Under the pieces are notes generated by a model. It saw nothing but the letters and a program-made list of their open reading frames with translations, had not been told where the DNA came from and made no database searches. This document shows, one piece after another, positions 48,757 to 57,877 of a stretch of 64,000 nt of DNA (positions are counted from its first letter, which is position 1; the number at the start of each line of letters is the position of its first letter). Where the stretch lies: positions 1,006 to 65,005 of the forward strand of contig DAOORK010000001.1 of NCBI GenBank assembly GCA_035389185.1, read 5' to 3'. The translations under genes were made by a program, and so were the position numbers. Source of the DNA: Candidatus Woesebacteria bacterium. GTDB taxonomy: Bacteria > Patescibacteriota > Microgenomatia > UBA1400 > MFAQ01.

Positions 48757-49128
48757 TTATTCTTGGAAAAAGGGAAAGGGACTGGACAGAACACTGGCCA
48801 TACCGGGGATTTTGCCAGAGGCAAAGAGTGATTCTTCCAGACGATCGAGGTTGCGGTCATTTCGCATCAAAGAGGTGAAGAGCCACCAAATCTTTTTATC
48901 TTCATCATCCATAAGTCTGAGATGAGCCACAAGCTGGTATCTGGTGACTCTGAAACAACCCAGGATACGCTTAACATTTTGCTCAAAAATGTAGACGTTT
49001 GTGGGGTGTTCGGTGGCAAAAACAAAAGTGTCCAGAGTGGGTTTTAGGCGATTACGGCCAATGAGAAACCCGTGATTTTGAATGATGTGAAAGACATTAT
49101 TGATAGCCGAAAAAGTGATTTCGGTCAT
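48757..49128 (-). CDS. orphan protein, paralog pair member
   Basis: Cassette leader; same VKRILG motif. Confidence 0.72.
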   Translation of the reverse strand: MTEITFSAINNVFHIIQNHGFLIGRNRLKPTLDTFVFATEHPTNVYIFEQNVKRILGCFRVTRYQLVAHLRLMDDEDKKIWWLFTSLMRNDRNLDRLEESLFASGKIPGMASVLSSPFPFFQE

Positions 49129-49295
49129 GTAACCTCCTTTTTGGGTTAAAGTACGAATTGAGGTATTCTATCCCGTAAGTCCGGAGACGTCAAACACAAA
49201 GACGTTTGAAAGTATGATAAAATAATCGAGTTAAATATTAGAAATTTACTTGAAGACAAATCTCTGAAAGTCTTACAAGTTAAAAGAGATGAAAT

Positions 49296-50156
49296 ATGGC
49301 TACAAAAAAAGCTGAAGAAAAAAAGGTTGTGACTACAACCAAAAAAGAAGTCAAAAAAACCGTTAAAAAAGAGGTGGTGAAGAAAGAAGCCGCTCCAAAG
49401 AAGGTTAAAGAAGTTAAGGTCGAGGTTAAAACCCCCAAAACAGAAGTAACTGTGGAAGACCTTTTTGAGGCCGGTGCTCATTTTGGCCATGTGGTCAAAA
49501 AATGGAATCCCAAGATGAAAAAATATCTTTGGGGAGAGAAAAACGGTATTCACATTTTTGATTTGGAACTGACAGTTGCCGGACTCAATGAAGCCTGCAA
49601 AGCTCTTACCAAAGCCGCTTTGGAAGGTAAGAGAATTGTTTTGATTGGTACCAAAAGACAGGCCAAAGCCATGCTTGAGCAAGAGGCGAAGAGAGTCGGC
49701 GTTCCCTACATTACCCAACGCTGGATGGGAGGACTCATCACCAACTGGAAACAGGTAAAACTGACCTTGGATCGTTTGAATTCTTTGAAACTCAAGCGTG
49801 AACAAGGACAGCTAAAGAAATTCACCAAGAAAGAACAGGTTCTTTTTGACAAAGAAATTGCTCGTTTGGAAAGAGTGGTTGGCGGTATTGCGTCACTTAA
49901 GGATTCTCCAGAAGTAGTGGTGGTTGTTGATACTCACAAAGAGAAACTGGCCGTAAAAGAAGCCAGTAGTCGTGGAGCCATGGTTGTTGGCTTGGTTGAC
50001 TCTAATGCCAACCCAGATCAGGTTGACCATGTTATTCCAATGAACGATGACTCAGCAAAAGCTTTGGAGATTGTGATCGGCGCTTTTGGTAAAGCCTTGG
50101 AAACTGGCCTTAAAGAAAGAAAAGACTTGACACCGGTTAGTACCAACGATAAATAA
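49296..50156 (+). CDS. rpsB: 30S ribosomal protein S2 with Lys-rich N-terminal extension
   Basis: AGAHFGH..WNPKM, GTK, RWMGG.ITN and IPMNDDS. Confidence 0.96.
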   Translation: MATKKAEEKKVVTTTKKEVKKTVKKEVVKKEAAPKKVKEVKVEVKTPKTEVTVEDLFEAGAHFGHVVKKWNPKMKKYLWGEKNGIHIFDLELTVAGLNEACKALTKAALEGKRIVLIGTKRQAKAMLEQEAKRVGVPYITQRWMGGLITNWKQVKLTLDRLNSLKLKREQGQLKKFTKKEQVLFDKEIARLERVVGGIASLKDSPEVVVVVDTHKEKLAVKEASSRGAMVVGLVDSNANPDQVDHVIPMNDDSAKALEIVIGAFGKALETGLKERKDLTPVSTNDK

Positions 50157-50175
50157 AGAATATGATGGATAAAAT

Positions 50176-50285
50176 AAGAGCTTGCTCGAATTCTTCTGAT
50201 AACTTCGTTATCTAAATATAATTCTTGCGCTTCCTCTTATATTCGCTAATAACTTCGTTATTATGCTTGAATATTAAAGAACTTA
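50176..50285 (-). repeat. structured repeat family 2 copy
   Basis: AAGAGCTTGCTC...CGCTTCCTCTT plus ATAACTTCGTTAT hairpins; reverse complement of the 14130-14256 core. Confidence 0.75.
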
Positions 50286-50310
50286 AATATCATCAATTAA
50301 ATTAAATAAA

Positions 50311-50763
50311 ATGTTAGAAAATATTAAAGAGTTACGTGAACGAACAGGTGCCGGAGTGATGGATGCCAAAAAAGCGCTAGAAGAGGCCGCAGGCAATATG
50401 GAGAAGGCGATTGAGTTTATTCGAGCCAAAGGTTTGGCACGTGCTGAAGAGAAGTCTGAGCGTGAGGTAAATAGCGGAAAAGTTTACACCTATACTCACA
50501 ACGGCGGTATTGCCGGTTCGATGGTGGAGATAGCCTGCGAAACAGATTTTGTGGCCAACAATCCTGAGTTCGAGCACCTATGCAAAGAAATTGCTTTACA
50601 GGTAGTATCCATGGATCCTAAAGACGTAAACGAACTTCTGGCTCAAGCTTACATCCGTGATAGTTCAAAAACGGTGGAGCAAGTAGTAAAAGAGCTCGTC
50701 GGCAAGACCGGAGAAAATATTCGTATCATTCGTTTTGCCCGTTTTAAGCTGGGAATGGAATAA
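50311..50763 (+). CDS. tsf: elongation factor Ts (short form)
   Basis: LRERTGAG.MD.KKAL and CETDFVA. Confidence 0.93.
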   Translation: MLENIKELRERTGAGVMDAKKALEEAAGNMEKAIEFIRAKGLARAEEKSEREVNSGKVYTYTHNGGIAGSMVEIACETDFVANNPEFEHLCKEIALQVVSMDPKDVNELLAQAYIRDSSKTVEQVVKELVGKTGENIRIIRFARFKLGME

Positions 50764-50864
50764 AGTACGTATTATGTATTAGGCATGGGAGTGTGGTGTG
50801 TGGTTTGATGTGCGCCGATGAAATTCATCTATGCGGTAATCTGAAGATATGATAGAGTTTAGAT

Positions 50865-51143
50865 ATGAATGATGAAGAGAGACAAAAACTAATGCAGAGT
50901 TTTATAGCAGATACCGAGGCAAAATCGGCTGAACTGAAGGCGGCGCAAGAAGAAAGGAAGGCTGGACAGGTGCAAGCCGAAAAACCAGTAAATCTGGGAG
51001 GCGGGACAATTACTGTAGAGGGAAAATCATTAGGGCGCACTTTAGCCGGAAATGAAGAGAGAGATGGGGAGAGATACTTAAATAGAAATCCCGAAGATGT
51101 CATAATAGGTGGCAAGAGGGACGACTGGGATCATAGTAGATAA
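50865..51143 (+). CDS. hypothetical protein
   Basis: Leaderless TAGAGT-6-ATG. Confidence 0.62.
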   Translation: MNDEERQKLMQSFIADTEAKSAELKAAQEERKAGQVQAEKPVNLGGGTITVEGKSLGRTLAGNEERDGERYLNRNPEDVIIGGKRDDWDHSR

Positions 51144-51168
51144 GTTTTCCTGTTGTACAATTGGATAT

Positions 51169-51732
51169 ATGGTGATTGAACATGAACTAATAACTCTTTT
51201 GAGACAGAAGTTTGCCAAAGTGATGGAAATCGTTGAGGAAGATTTTGCTACAGTGCGAGTGGGAAGAGCCAAACCAAGTTTAATCGAGAATGTGGGAGTG
51301 ATGGCTTACGGTTCAAGAATGCGTTTGGTGGAGTTGGCAACTATCTCGGCGCCGGATTCCAATATGCTGACTGTGACTCCATACGATCGAAGTATTTTGC
51401 AGGTGATCGAAAAAGCGATTGCTGATAGTGAGATGCAGTTATCACCGGTAGTTTCCGGGGACATGATTAGAATCGTGATTCCTTCACTAACTCAAGAAAG
51501 AAGAATAGATTTTGTAAAACTTTTGAAGCAAAAAACAGAGTCGGGGAAAGTAATGCTTCGTCAGGCCCGTCAGGATGTCAAAGAAAAAATTGACGCTCTC
51601 AAAGAGCGCAAGGAAGTGTCTGAGGATGATATTTTTATGCTTTTGGAGCAACTAGACAAGATCACAGGAGAACAAAACGAAAAAATAGAGGAGATGTCTC
51701 GGCTTAAAGAAGAGGAAATCATGTCGGTTTAA
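51169..51732 (+). CDS. frr: ribosome recycling factor
   Basis: R.GRA.P, YG, IP.LTQERR and SEDD. Confidence 0.93.
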   Translation: MVIEHELITLLRQKFAKVMEIVEEDFATVRVGRAKPSLIENVGVMAYGSRMRLVELATISAPDSNMLTVTPYDRSILQVIEKAIADSEMQLSPVVSGDMIRIVIPSLTQERRIDFVKLLKQKTESGKVMLRQARQDVKEKIDALKERKEVSEDDIFMLLEQLDKITGEQNEKIEEMSRLKEEEIMSV

Positions 51733-51748
51733 CCAAGAAAAACTCGCC

Positions 51749-52246
51749 TTAGCGGCGGGTTGTTTTGTTTAGATTGAGATCCACACCGTCCCAAGTGAGA
51801 GTGATCTTGGCCGTTTCGGTGTTTACGGTGAGAGAAGAGTCCTTCTCCATCTTTACCAAATATTGGTGATACCGTTCTCCATTGACGTCGATATAGAGTC
51901 TAATTTTATCTTTGCCAGCGACGAGACTCTTCACGTCTTTCATGATGATAACAACGAGAGCATCTTCAGACTGTTGCTGTTCGGCGATAATGGCTGGGTA
52001 AAGAAATCTAGTAGACGGGGTTTCAGTGCTTTTGAACTCAAAAATGTCGGCATTGTAGACGGAAAAGTCAGGTTTGTCGTTGCCCAGAACATTGAAAGTG
52101 CCGGTAGAGCCAAACTGTAGTTGCGGCTGAGGTAGAATACCGGTTCCATCGACGATGGCGAGACATCTATCTCCGCCAATCTTGCCTTTGGTGACAAATA
52201 GTGCATCAAAGATGTTTGTATCGAGGATTGTGAAACATTTTGACAT
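51749..52246 (-). CDS. orphan protein, paralog pair member
   Basis: CFT.....I.D...IG....AI..G..LP.P N-terminus shared with the next gene. Confidence 0.72.
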   Translation of the reverse strand: MSKCFTILDTNIFDALFVTKGKIGGDRCLAIVDGTGILPQPQLQFGSTGTFNVLGNDKPDFSVYNADIFEFKSTETPSTRFLYPAIIAEQQQSEDALVVIIMKDVKSLVAGKDKIRLYIDVNGERYHQYLVKMEKDSSLTVNTETAKITLTWDGVDLNLNKTTRR

Positions 52247-52325
52247 TATTACCTCCAATTAAAGTGCGTAGATTTACAGTTGACGTATTATAACTCAAAA
52301 AAATCCCCGCCGGAGCGGGGAGGGA

Positions 52326-52835
52326 CTATCTAATCTTTGTGAGCTCGAGTTTTCCGTGAAAATAATGGAGATGTAAAGCGGTATTTTTCAATTTAACCTT
52401 AATGTCTGATCCACCACCAATCATGGCGAAAAGATATTGATCGTATCCGAGACATTCTATGGGGCCAACAATGGAATAGGCGGCAGTTATGTAAGGAATA
52501 TCATCGAAATGATAAGGTCCGTCCTTTTTGACAATCCATAAAACTAAGGCCCAACCAGGTAAGTAATGAACATCTTCATCGATTATGACCGGAATGGTAT
52601 TATTTTTGTCACGACTGGAGTCCTTGTATTGAAAAAAATTGGCACGCTTGATGATTTGTGCACGCGCCGGGGCATAGGGGTGAATAGCTGTTGAGCTAGT
52701 GATTTTAACCATGTCCGGTTTGGGCAAGGTCACCCCATCAGCAATGATGGCAACTTTCCCATTGATCCCGATACCATTTTCAACAACAGGAATAAAGTCG
52801 TGTATTTCCTGTTCGAAGACGGTGAAACATTCCAT
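52326..52835 (-). CDS. orphan protein, paralog pair member
   Basis: Cassette leader; shared N-terminus and QYL motif. Confidence 0.72.
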   Translation of the reverse strand: MECFTVFEQEIHDFIPVVENGIGINGKVAIIADGVTLPKPDMVKITSSTAIHPYAPARAQIIKRANFFQYKDSSRDKNNTIPVIIDEDVHYLPGWALVLWIVKKDGPYHFDDIPYITAAYSIVGPIECLGYDQYLFAMIGGGSDIKVKLKNTALHLHYFHGKLELTKIR

Positions 52836-52919
52836 GTTAACCTCCTTGGAAAGGTGCGATTGGGGCAATTATAGCCTATCTGCGTTCAATTATTGACGAT
52901 TTGTTGTTATGATGGATTA

Positions 52920-54002
52920 ATGCAATTACTGGTTTTTATTTTGATGCTTTCGGTTTTGATTTTGGTTCACGAGCTGGGTCATTTTTTGTCGGCACGTCTT
53001 TTTAAGATGAGAGTAGAGGAATTTGGTATTGGTTTACCTCCAAGGGCAAAGACATTGTTTACCCGAATGGGCACGATTTTTAGTCTAAACTGGCTACCTC
53101 TCGGAGGTTTCGTAAAGCTTTATGGCGAGGATATGGAAAATGAAGAACAACTTCGATCTCCGGAAGCCTTTTTTAATAAGCCGATGTGGCAGAGAACCGT
53201 AGTTTTTTTGGCCGGTGTGACGATGAACTTTCTTTTGGGGGTAGTGGTTTTTGGTGTGGTTTATTCCTACTTAGGTATTCCGACAAAAACAGATAAAGTA
53301 ATGATTGTTGAGGTAGCAGATGATTCACCGGCCAAGACCGCAGGAGTTCAGATCGATAGTACGGTGACAAAAATGAGCATTGAGGGAGAGCAAATTGTTT
53401 TTACAGGCGTTGACGGATTTATTAAACAGATTGATGTTTATAAAGGCCGGGAAATTGAAATGGTTCTGATGGATAAAAATAATCAGGAGTACATAGCTCG
53501 ATTGACACCTCGAGAGAGTCCGCCGGAAGGTCAGGGGGCACTAGGAGTGGCATTATCCAGCATTGAGATGAAGAAGTATCCGCTATGGCAGATGCCTTTT
53601 AGAGGTATTAAAGTTGGTCTGATAGAAGCGTGGGGATGGGGAAAAGAGATTGCCGGAAGTTTGTGGACAGTAATTGTGAATCTGGTGACAGGAAAAGGCT
53701 TGCCCAAGGATGTATCGGGGCCTGTGGGTATGTATCAGGTTAGCAAGGAAGTATATAAAGTTGGTTGGGTAGCTGTACTGCAGTTTATGGGAATCTTGTC
53801 AATTAACTTAGCCATATTAAATATAATGCCTTTCCCGGCTTTGGATGGGGGAAGAATTGCCTTTTTGGGGATAGAAAAACTGATTGGCAAACTAAGAAAA
53901 AATAAGGTTGAAGGCTATGTAAATGCGGCCGGTATGTTTTTGCTGATTGGACTGATGGTCTTGATAACAGTGAAAGACATTATTAAATTATTTGTAAAAT
54001 GA
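52920..54002 (+). CDS. rseP: RIP metalloprotease RseP (M50 + PDZ)
   Basis: HELGH, EFGIG, PLGGFV and LNIMPFPALDGG. Confidence 0.93.
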   Translation: MQLLVFILMLSVLILVHELGHFLSARLFKMRVEEFGIGLPPRAKTLFTRMGTIFSLNWLPLGGFVKLYGEDMENEEQLRSPEAFFNKPMWQRTVVFLAGVTMNFLLGVVVFGVVYSYLGIPTKTDKVMIVEVADDSPAKTAGVQIDSTVTKMSIEGEQIVFTGVDGFIKQIDVYKGREIEMVLMDKNNQEYIARLTPRESPPEGQGALGVALSSIEMKKYPLWQMPFRGIKVGLIEAWGWGKEIAGSLWTVIVNLVTGKGLPKDVSGPVGMYQVSKEVYKVGWVAVLQFMGILSINLAILNIMPFPALDGGRIAFLGIEKLIGKLRKNKVEGYVNAAGMFLLIGLMVLITVKDIIKLFVK

Positions 54003-54346
54003 TTGACAAAGATTGTTTGTTTTGCCAGATAGGGGAACACAAAGAGCCAAGTGAAATTGTTTGGGAAAATGAGGAATTTATCTGTATCAAAAATAAGTAC
54101 CCGGTGGCGCCGACGCACGTCTTGATTATGCCGAAGGACCATGTAAAAAAGGCCGAAGTTGCCACTTCCCAAAGTGGTATGTTCTGGGGTAAAATAATGC
54201 CAGTCGTTTTTGAGGTGGTACATCAGCTTGGTTTGGACAAAACCGGATACAAGTTGGTGAACAATGGAGCGGGGTATAACCATTTTGAACATGAACACAT
54301 TCATGTTTTGGGTGGGTCAAAAACCGAGCCAGGAGGCCAAACTTAA
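53999..54346 (+). CDS. HIT family protein
   Basis: CLFC, H.LI.PK.H and HEHIH. Confidence 0.9.
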   Translation: MIDKDCLFCQIGEHKEPSEIVWENEEFICIKNKYPVAPTHVLIMPKDHVKKAEVATSQSGMFWGKIMPVVFEVVHQLGLDKTGYKLVNNGAGYNHFEHEHIHVLGGSKTEPGGQT

Positions 54347-54391
54347 GCGTCATACACAAAAATAAAAATAAGAAAGGTAGGTGCATTTTTA

Positions 54392-54616
54392 ATGGCACTC
54401 GTTGCAAGAAAAAAACAAGGTCAAACTACACAACAACTCATCAGCGAATTCAAAAAGCTGACATATGAGGATTCTGGACTCGAAAGGGTCAAGACTGTGG
54501 GAATGACTGGATATCAAAAACCTTCAACCGTTCGTAATATAAAGATGATTGAGTTGCGCAAAGCTTCTGCTCGCATTCGTCGTCGTAATAAACGTGCGGC
54601 TGGTTTTACTAAGTAA
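54392..54616 (+). CDS. rpsU: 30S ribosomal protein S21
   Basis: Basic 74 aa with FKK and Y.KPS; hit-rpsU-yqeY synteny. Confidence 0.72.
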   Translation: MALVARKKQGQTTQQLISEFKKLTYEDSGLERVKTVGMTGYQKPSTVRNIKMIELRKASARIRRRNKRAAGFTK

Positions 54617-54624
54617 TAAATATA

Positions 54625-55056
54625 ATGCTGTACTCACAGATAAAATTAGAGTCACAAACTGCTCAAAAAGCGGGAGATTCTCGACTGTATAACGCTTTAA
54701 AACTTTTGGTTTCAGAATTATCTTATGCTCAAGTTGATTATAAGGAGGGTGAACTGCCCGATGAAGAAGTAGTTCGTGTTTTAAACAAAGAAGGCAAGAA
54801 ACGCAAAGATTCAATCGAGATTTACGAAAAAGCGGGAGCTTCTGACCGAGCCGACCAGGAAAAATATGAATTGTCGGTAATTGAAAAATATTTACCCCAA
54901 TTGATGTCGGAAGCCGATGTTGAAGCGGAAATTGTGAAGATTGCCGCAGAAACTGGTCTGACTGGTGGTCGACTCATGGGTGCGGTGATGGGGAAATTAA
55001 GGGGGAAGGCGGATGGGGGAATGATTAATAAGATCGTGATGGTTAAGTTTCCGTAA
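54625..55056 (+). CDS. yqeY: GatB/YqeY domain protein
   Basis: K.RKDSI..Y..AG, E..VI.KYLP, G.LMG.VM..L.GKADG. Confidence 0.9.
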   Translation: MLYSQIKLESQTAQKAGDSRLYNALKLLVSELSYAQVDYKEGELPDEEVVRVLNKEGKKRKDSIEIYEKAGASDRADQEKYELSVIEKYLPQLMSEADVEAEIVKIAAETGLTGGRLMGAVMGKLRGKADGGMINKIVMVKFP

Positions 55057-55083
55057 GAATCGTATTTTTGTTTCTTTCGTACT

Positions 55084-55283
55084 AATCCATTGAAAAAACC
55101 GGATGTTATTTTGTTGCAAATCCTCTCTACTCCACCATTATTCCTTTCTGCCGACCGACTCATACCGCCTCTCCTGCGGAGGCGGTTGGTCTGCCTACTC
55201 ACCTCGAAAACTCTGCCTACGGGCAGAGACCATGCTTTTCGAGGTTCCGTAAGCTCGTCATTAAGGACAAATGGCTCGTAGAG
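55084..55283 (-). repeat. structured repeat family 1, ~200-bp copy
   Basis: Near-identical to 30853-31053. Confidence 0.9.
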
Positions 55284-55383
55284 GATTGCCTGGCGAAGCG
55301 TCGCATAAAGAACAAGGGTTCACATTGGTGCTGGAATCTTTGTGGTAGAATGGCGGCATCTAAGCTCGTTAAAAGGAGGTTGT

Positions 55384-55617
55384 ATGGCTGTAAAAATGAT
55401 TCGTCATGGGAATTCAATTTTTCCCATTGAAATCACCTGCAAAAAGTGTCATGGCTTGGTGTGTATTGGAAAACCAACCGATTTGAGAATCGTGGTTGAT
55501 TACAGCACAGAAACAACGGCAGTTACCAATTGTCCCGACTGTAAGAGTCAGATCGTGTTGTATGACTCAGATCAGGCCCAAGCAATCGCTGAAGTTGAGA
55601 GAGCTCAGAAACGGTGA
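55384..55617 (+). CDS. small Zn-ribbon protein
   Basis: CKKC...CPDC; cassette leader and terminator. Confidence 0.72.
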   Translation: MAVKMIRHGNSIFPIEITCKKCHGLVCIGKPTDLRIVVDYSTETTAVTNCPDCKSQIVLYDSDQAQAIAEVERAQKR

Positions 55618-55684
55618 TGGCGTTAAAAATACACCGGTGTCTAAGGACGCCGGTTTTTTGTGGTTCGCGGTACAATAGTGATAT

Positions 55685-56071
55685 ATGAAACTAGAGTTAA
55701 ATATTGTTGCCGATAGTCGGTATCAGTTTGATCGGAAAAGAGTTAGAGAGGCCTTGGCTAAATTACTTGAGGAGCAGGGGATAGTTAGAGGATCAGTGAA
55801 GATTTCTTTATCAGTTGTTGGTGAGAGAAAAATTAAAGAGCTCGAGAAAAAGTATTTTGGTGAGGATAAGGTGACAGATGTGCTGTCATTTCCTCTTGAA
55901 GAAGGGGAGGCAATGCCAGACGATGAAGATGGTCTGAACCTGGGAGACATTGTAATTTGCTATCCTCAAGCCAAAAGACAAGCACTGCAATGGAATAAGT
56001 TAATAGATGAAGAAATTGAATTTTTGGCATGTCATGGCTTACTTCATCTATTGGGAATTCACCACGATTAA
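55685..56071 (+). CDS. ybeY: rRNA maturation RNase YbeY
   Basis: TDVLSFP, LGDIVI and HGLLHLLG.HH. Confidence 0.93.
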   Translation: MKLELNIVADSRYQFDRKRVREALAKLLEEQGIVRGSVKISLSVVGERKIKELEKKYFGEDKVTDVLSFPLEEGEAMPDDEDGLNLGDIVICYPQAKRQALQWNKLIDEEIEFLACHGLLHLLGIHHD

Positions 56072-56141
56072 TCCGTAGGCACACAAATGTGATAGAATCT
56101 ACACCGATGTTCTTTAATATGCGAAATTACGGAGGTGAGTA

Positions 56142-56489
56142 TTGTCAACTATACCCGTAGACAAGAGTTATCTGTTGGGTTCTGCCAAGATTATTCTCGA
56201 TAAACTTCAGGGAAAAACTTTTGATGTGATCTCTTTCCATTCAGGTTACAAAAACTGTTTGAATATTTCCGAAGAGCGCCAGTTGAAGTCTGAAGAGTAT
56301 CTGGTTATTGGCTCTTTGGTAAAGATTCCTCTGAAGCCAAGCAGAAGCCTGTCTTTTGATGTTCGGGAAAATCCGGAAATTACAATTGAATCAGAGAGAC
56401 AGATAAAGATCGTTCGTCATTTATCTCCGAGAGACACAGTGACGAGAATTATCTTAATAAATGGAGAAGTTTCCGAAGGAGACAGATAA
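56142..56489 (+). CDS. hypothetical protein
   Basis: GTTCTTTAAT and GGAGGTG before TTG. Confidence 0.65.
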   Translation: MSTIPVDKSYLLGSAKIILDKLQGKTFDVISFHSGYKNCLNISEERQLKSEEYLVIGSLVKIPLKPSRSLSFDVRENPEITIESERQIKIVRHLSPRDTVTRIILINGEVSEGDR

Positions 56490-56869
56490 TGTCAGCAAAA
56501 CGACCGTTACGTTTTACCATCCACCAAACCGGCGATCAAAAACTGATCGATATCTTTACTAGAAGATTAACCGGTAGAGAGTTTGATTTTGAGTATCATC
56601 TGCCGGGTATGACGAAACCGATTGTGATTGAGAATCAAAAATTATCGGTTGATACCCCGATATGTTCGATCAAATTGGAATATCGAGACAGAAGCGGTTT
56701 TCGGTGTGAGTGTCTGGTATTTGTAGTTGAAGATCAAGACGACTTGACCATCCCGGTTCCCAACAAAATGCTTGATGTCGATTTGAGTAAAGAACAAGAG
56801 GGAATCTTGGTAGTTCGGAATGACGATGATGAAGTGTACCGCTTTATTTTGCACAAGACGAAAAATTAA
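56489..56869 (+). CDS. hypothetical protein
   Basis: TAATG overlap with the previous gene, AAGGAG; terminator after. Confidence 0.68.
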   Translation: MSAKRPLRFTIHQTGDQKLIDIFTRRLTGREFDFEYHLPGMTKPIVIENQKLSVDTPICSIKLEYRDRSGFRCECLVFVVEDQDDLTIPVPNKMLDVDLSKEQEGILVVRNDDDEVYRFILHKTKN

Positions 56870-56980
56870 TTTTAGCCCGGTTTCATGCCGGGTTTTTTGT
56901 TTTTAGGTTGACAAAATGACCTATAAACAATAGAATACCCAAGCACGTTGAATTTACCTTAGACATATGGAGGTATGTAG

Positions 56981-57652
56981 GTGGCCAAAAAACGAGTAAA
57001 AGTATTCGGAAAGTTTTGTTCGGTATCTGAACCGATGTCGTTGGAGAAGGCAGAAAAACTGATCGGCGGACCCAAGAAACTATTCACGATTCAGGATTAC
57101 ACCAAGGTGTTTTCTCGTTCGCTGGATGAATCCGTCGTAAAGCGATATGAAAAAGTGCCTTTCTCCGAAGCCGAGTTGATCCAGGCACACAAGTGGGGGA
57201 TGATTTTGGTAGCTATCCCCTCGATGATCTCCCTCGAGATGCTAATTGCGGCAAATGGAGATAACTATTTGTGGGTTGCGGACAGTTTGAAAGCCGATGA
57301 TAGCTTTTTATATATAAAAACGAGACTAGGTGGCTACATACTTTTGTTCCCCGAGGTTTTTGGAACAAAAAGGATGAGCTTTCCGGAGCAGATGAAGTTT
57401 ATTCCTCAAACCCTGGAGTCTCCACTGGCTATTGAGATGGCCTACGTTGACCTGTTGGTAGCCGCAAAATATGGCAAAAAGGCATCGAGGAAGAGACTGC
57501 GCTGTTTTGATGAGTTGCACTCTGGAAAACACGTGACTGTCAGGATTGCCACAGACACTTTTAAGGTGAAAATTGAAGAAGCAGAAGATACCGAGAAAAG
57601 TTGGGATTTGGCTCTTGCCGGCGGATATTTCCGAACGACATCTACTGAGTAA
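56981..57652 (+). CDS. hypothetical protein
   Basis: TTGACA-17-TAGAAT, GCACGTTGAA, GGAGG. Confidence 0.75.
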   Translation: MAKKRVKVFGKFCSVSEPMSLEKAEKLIGGPKKLFTIQDYTKVFSRSLDESVVKRYEKVPFSEAELIQAHKWGMILVAIPSMISLEMLIAANGDNYLWVADSLKADDSFLYIKTRLGGYILLFPEVFGTKRMSFPEQMKFIPQTLESPLAIEMAYVDLLVAAKYGKKASRKRLRCFDELHSGKHVTVRIATDTFKVKIEEAEDTEKSWDLALAGGYFRTTSTE

Positions 57653-57877
57653 CTCCTACTTTGTATCTATGCCCCTGAGAAATCGGGGGTTTTTTGTGGC
57701 AAAAATGGCAAATGGGGCGATAGCTGAAACTAAACTGAAGTTTCGAGTAATTTTTATATTTTTCCGAGAGGGGTTGGGAAAATGAAATTGATATGGTTTC
57801 TAGAAAAACTGAGTGTTTTTGATATGGATTTTGGTAGTTGACACTAGTCAGGGGGACAACATAAGTTAGATGTTACC

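Noticed and set aside
50200-50265. loxP-like ATAACTTCGT sites
   Set aside because: Simple ATAA-CTTCG-TTAT hairpins of repeat family 2; no 13-8-13 arrangement
50311-50763. Truncated EF-Ts and missing pyrH
   Set aside because: Short EF-Ts forms are known, the motifs are intact, and gene loss is expected in reduced genomes
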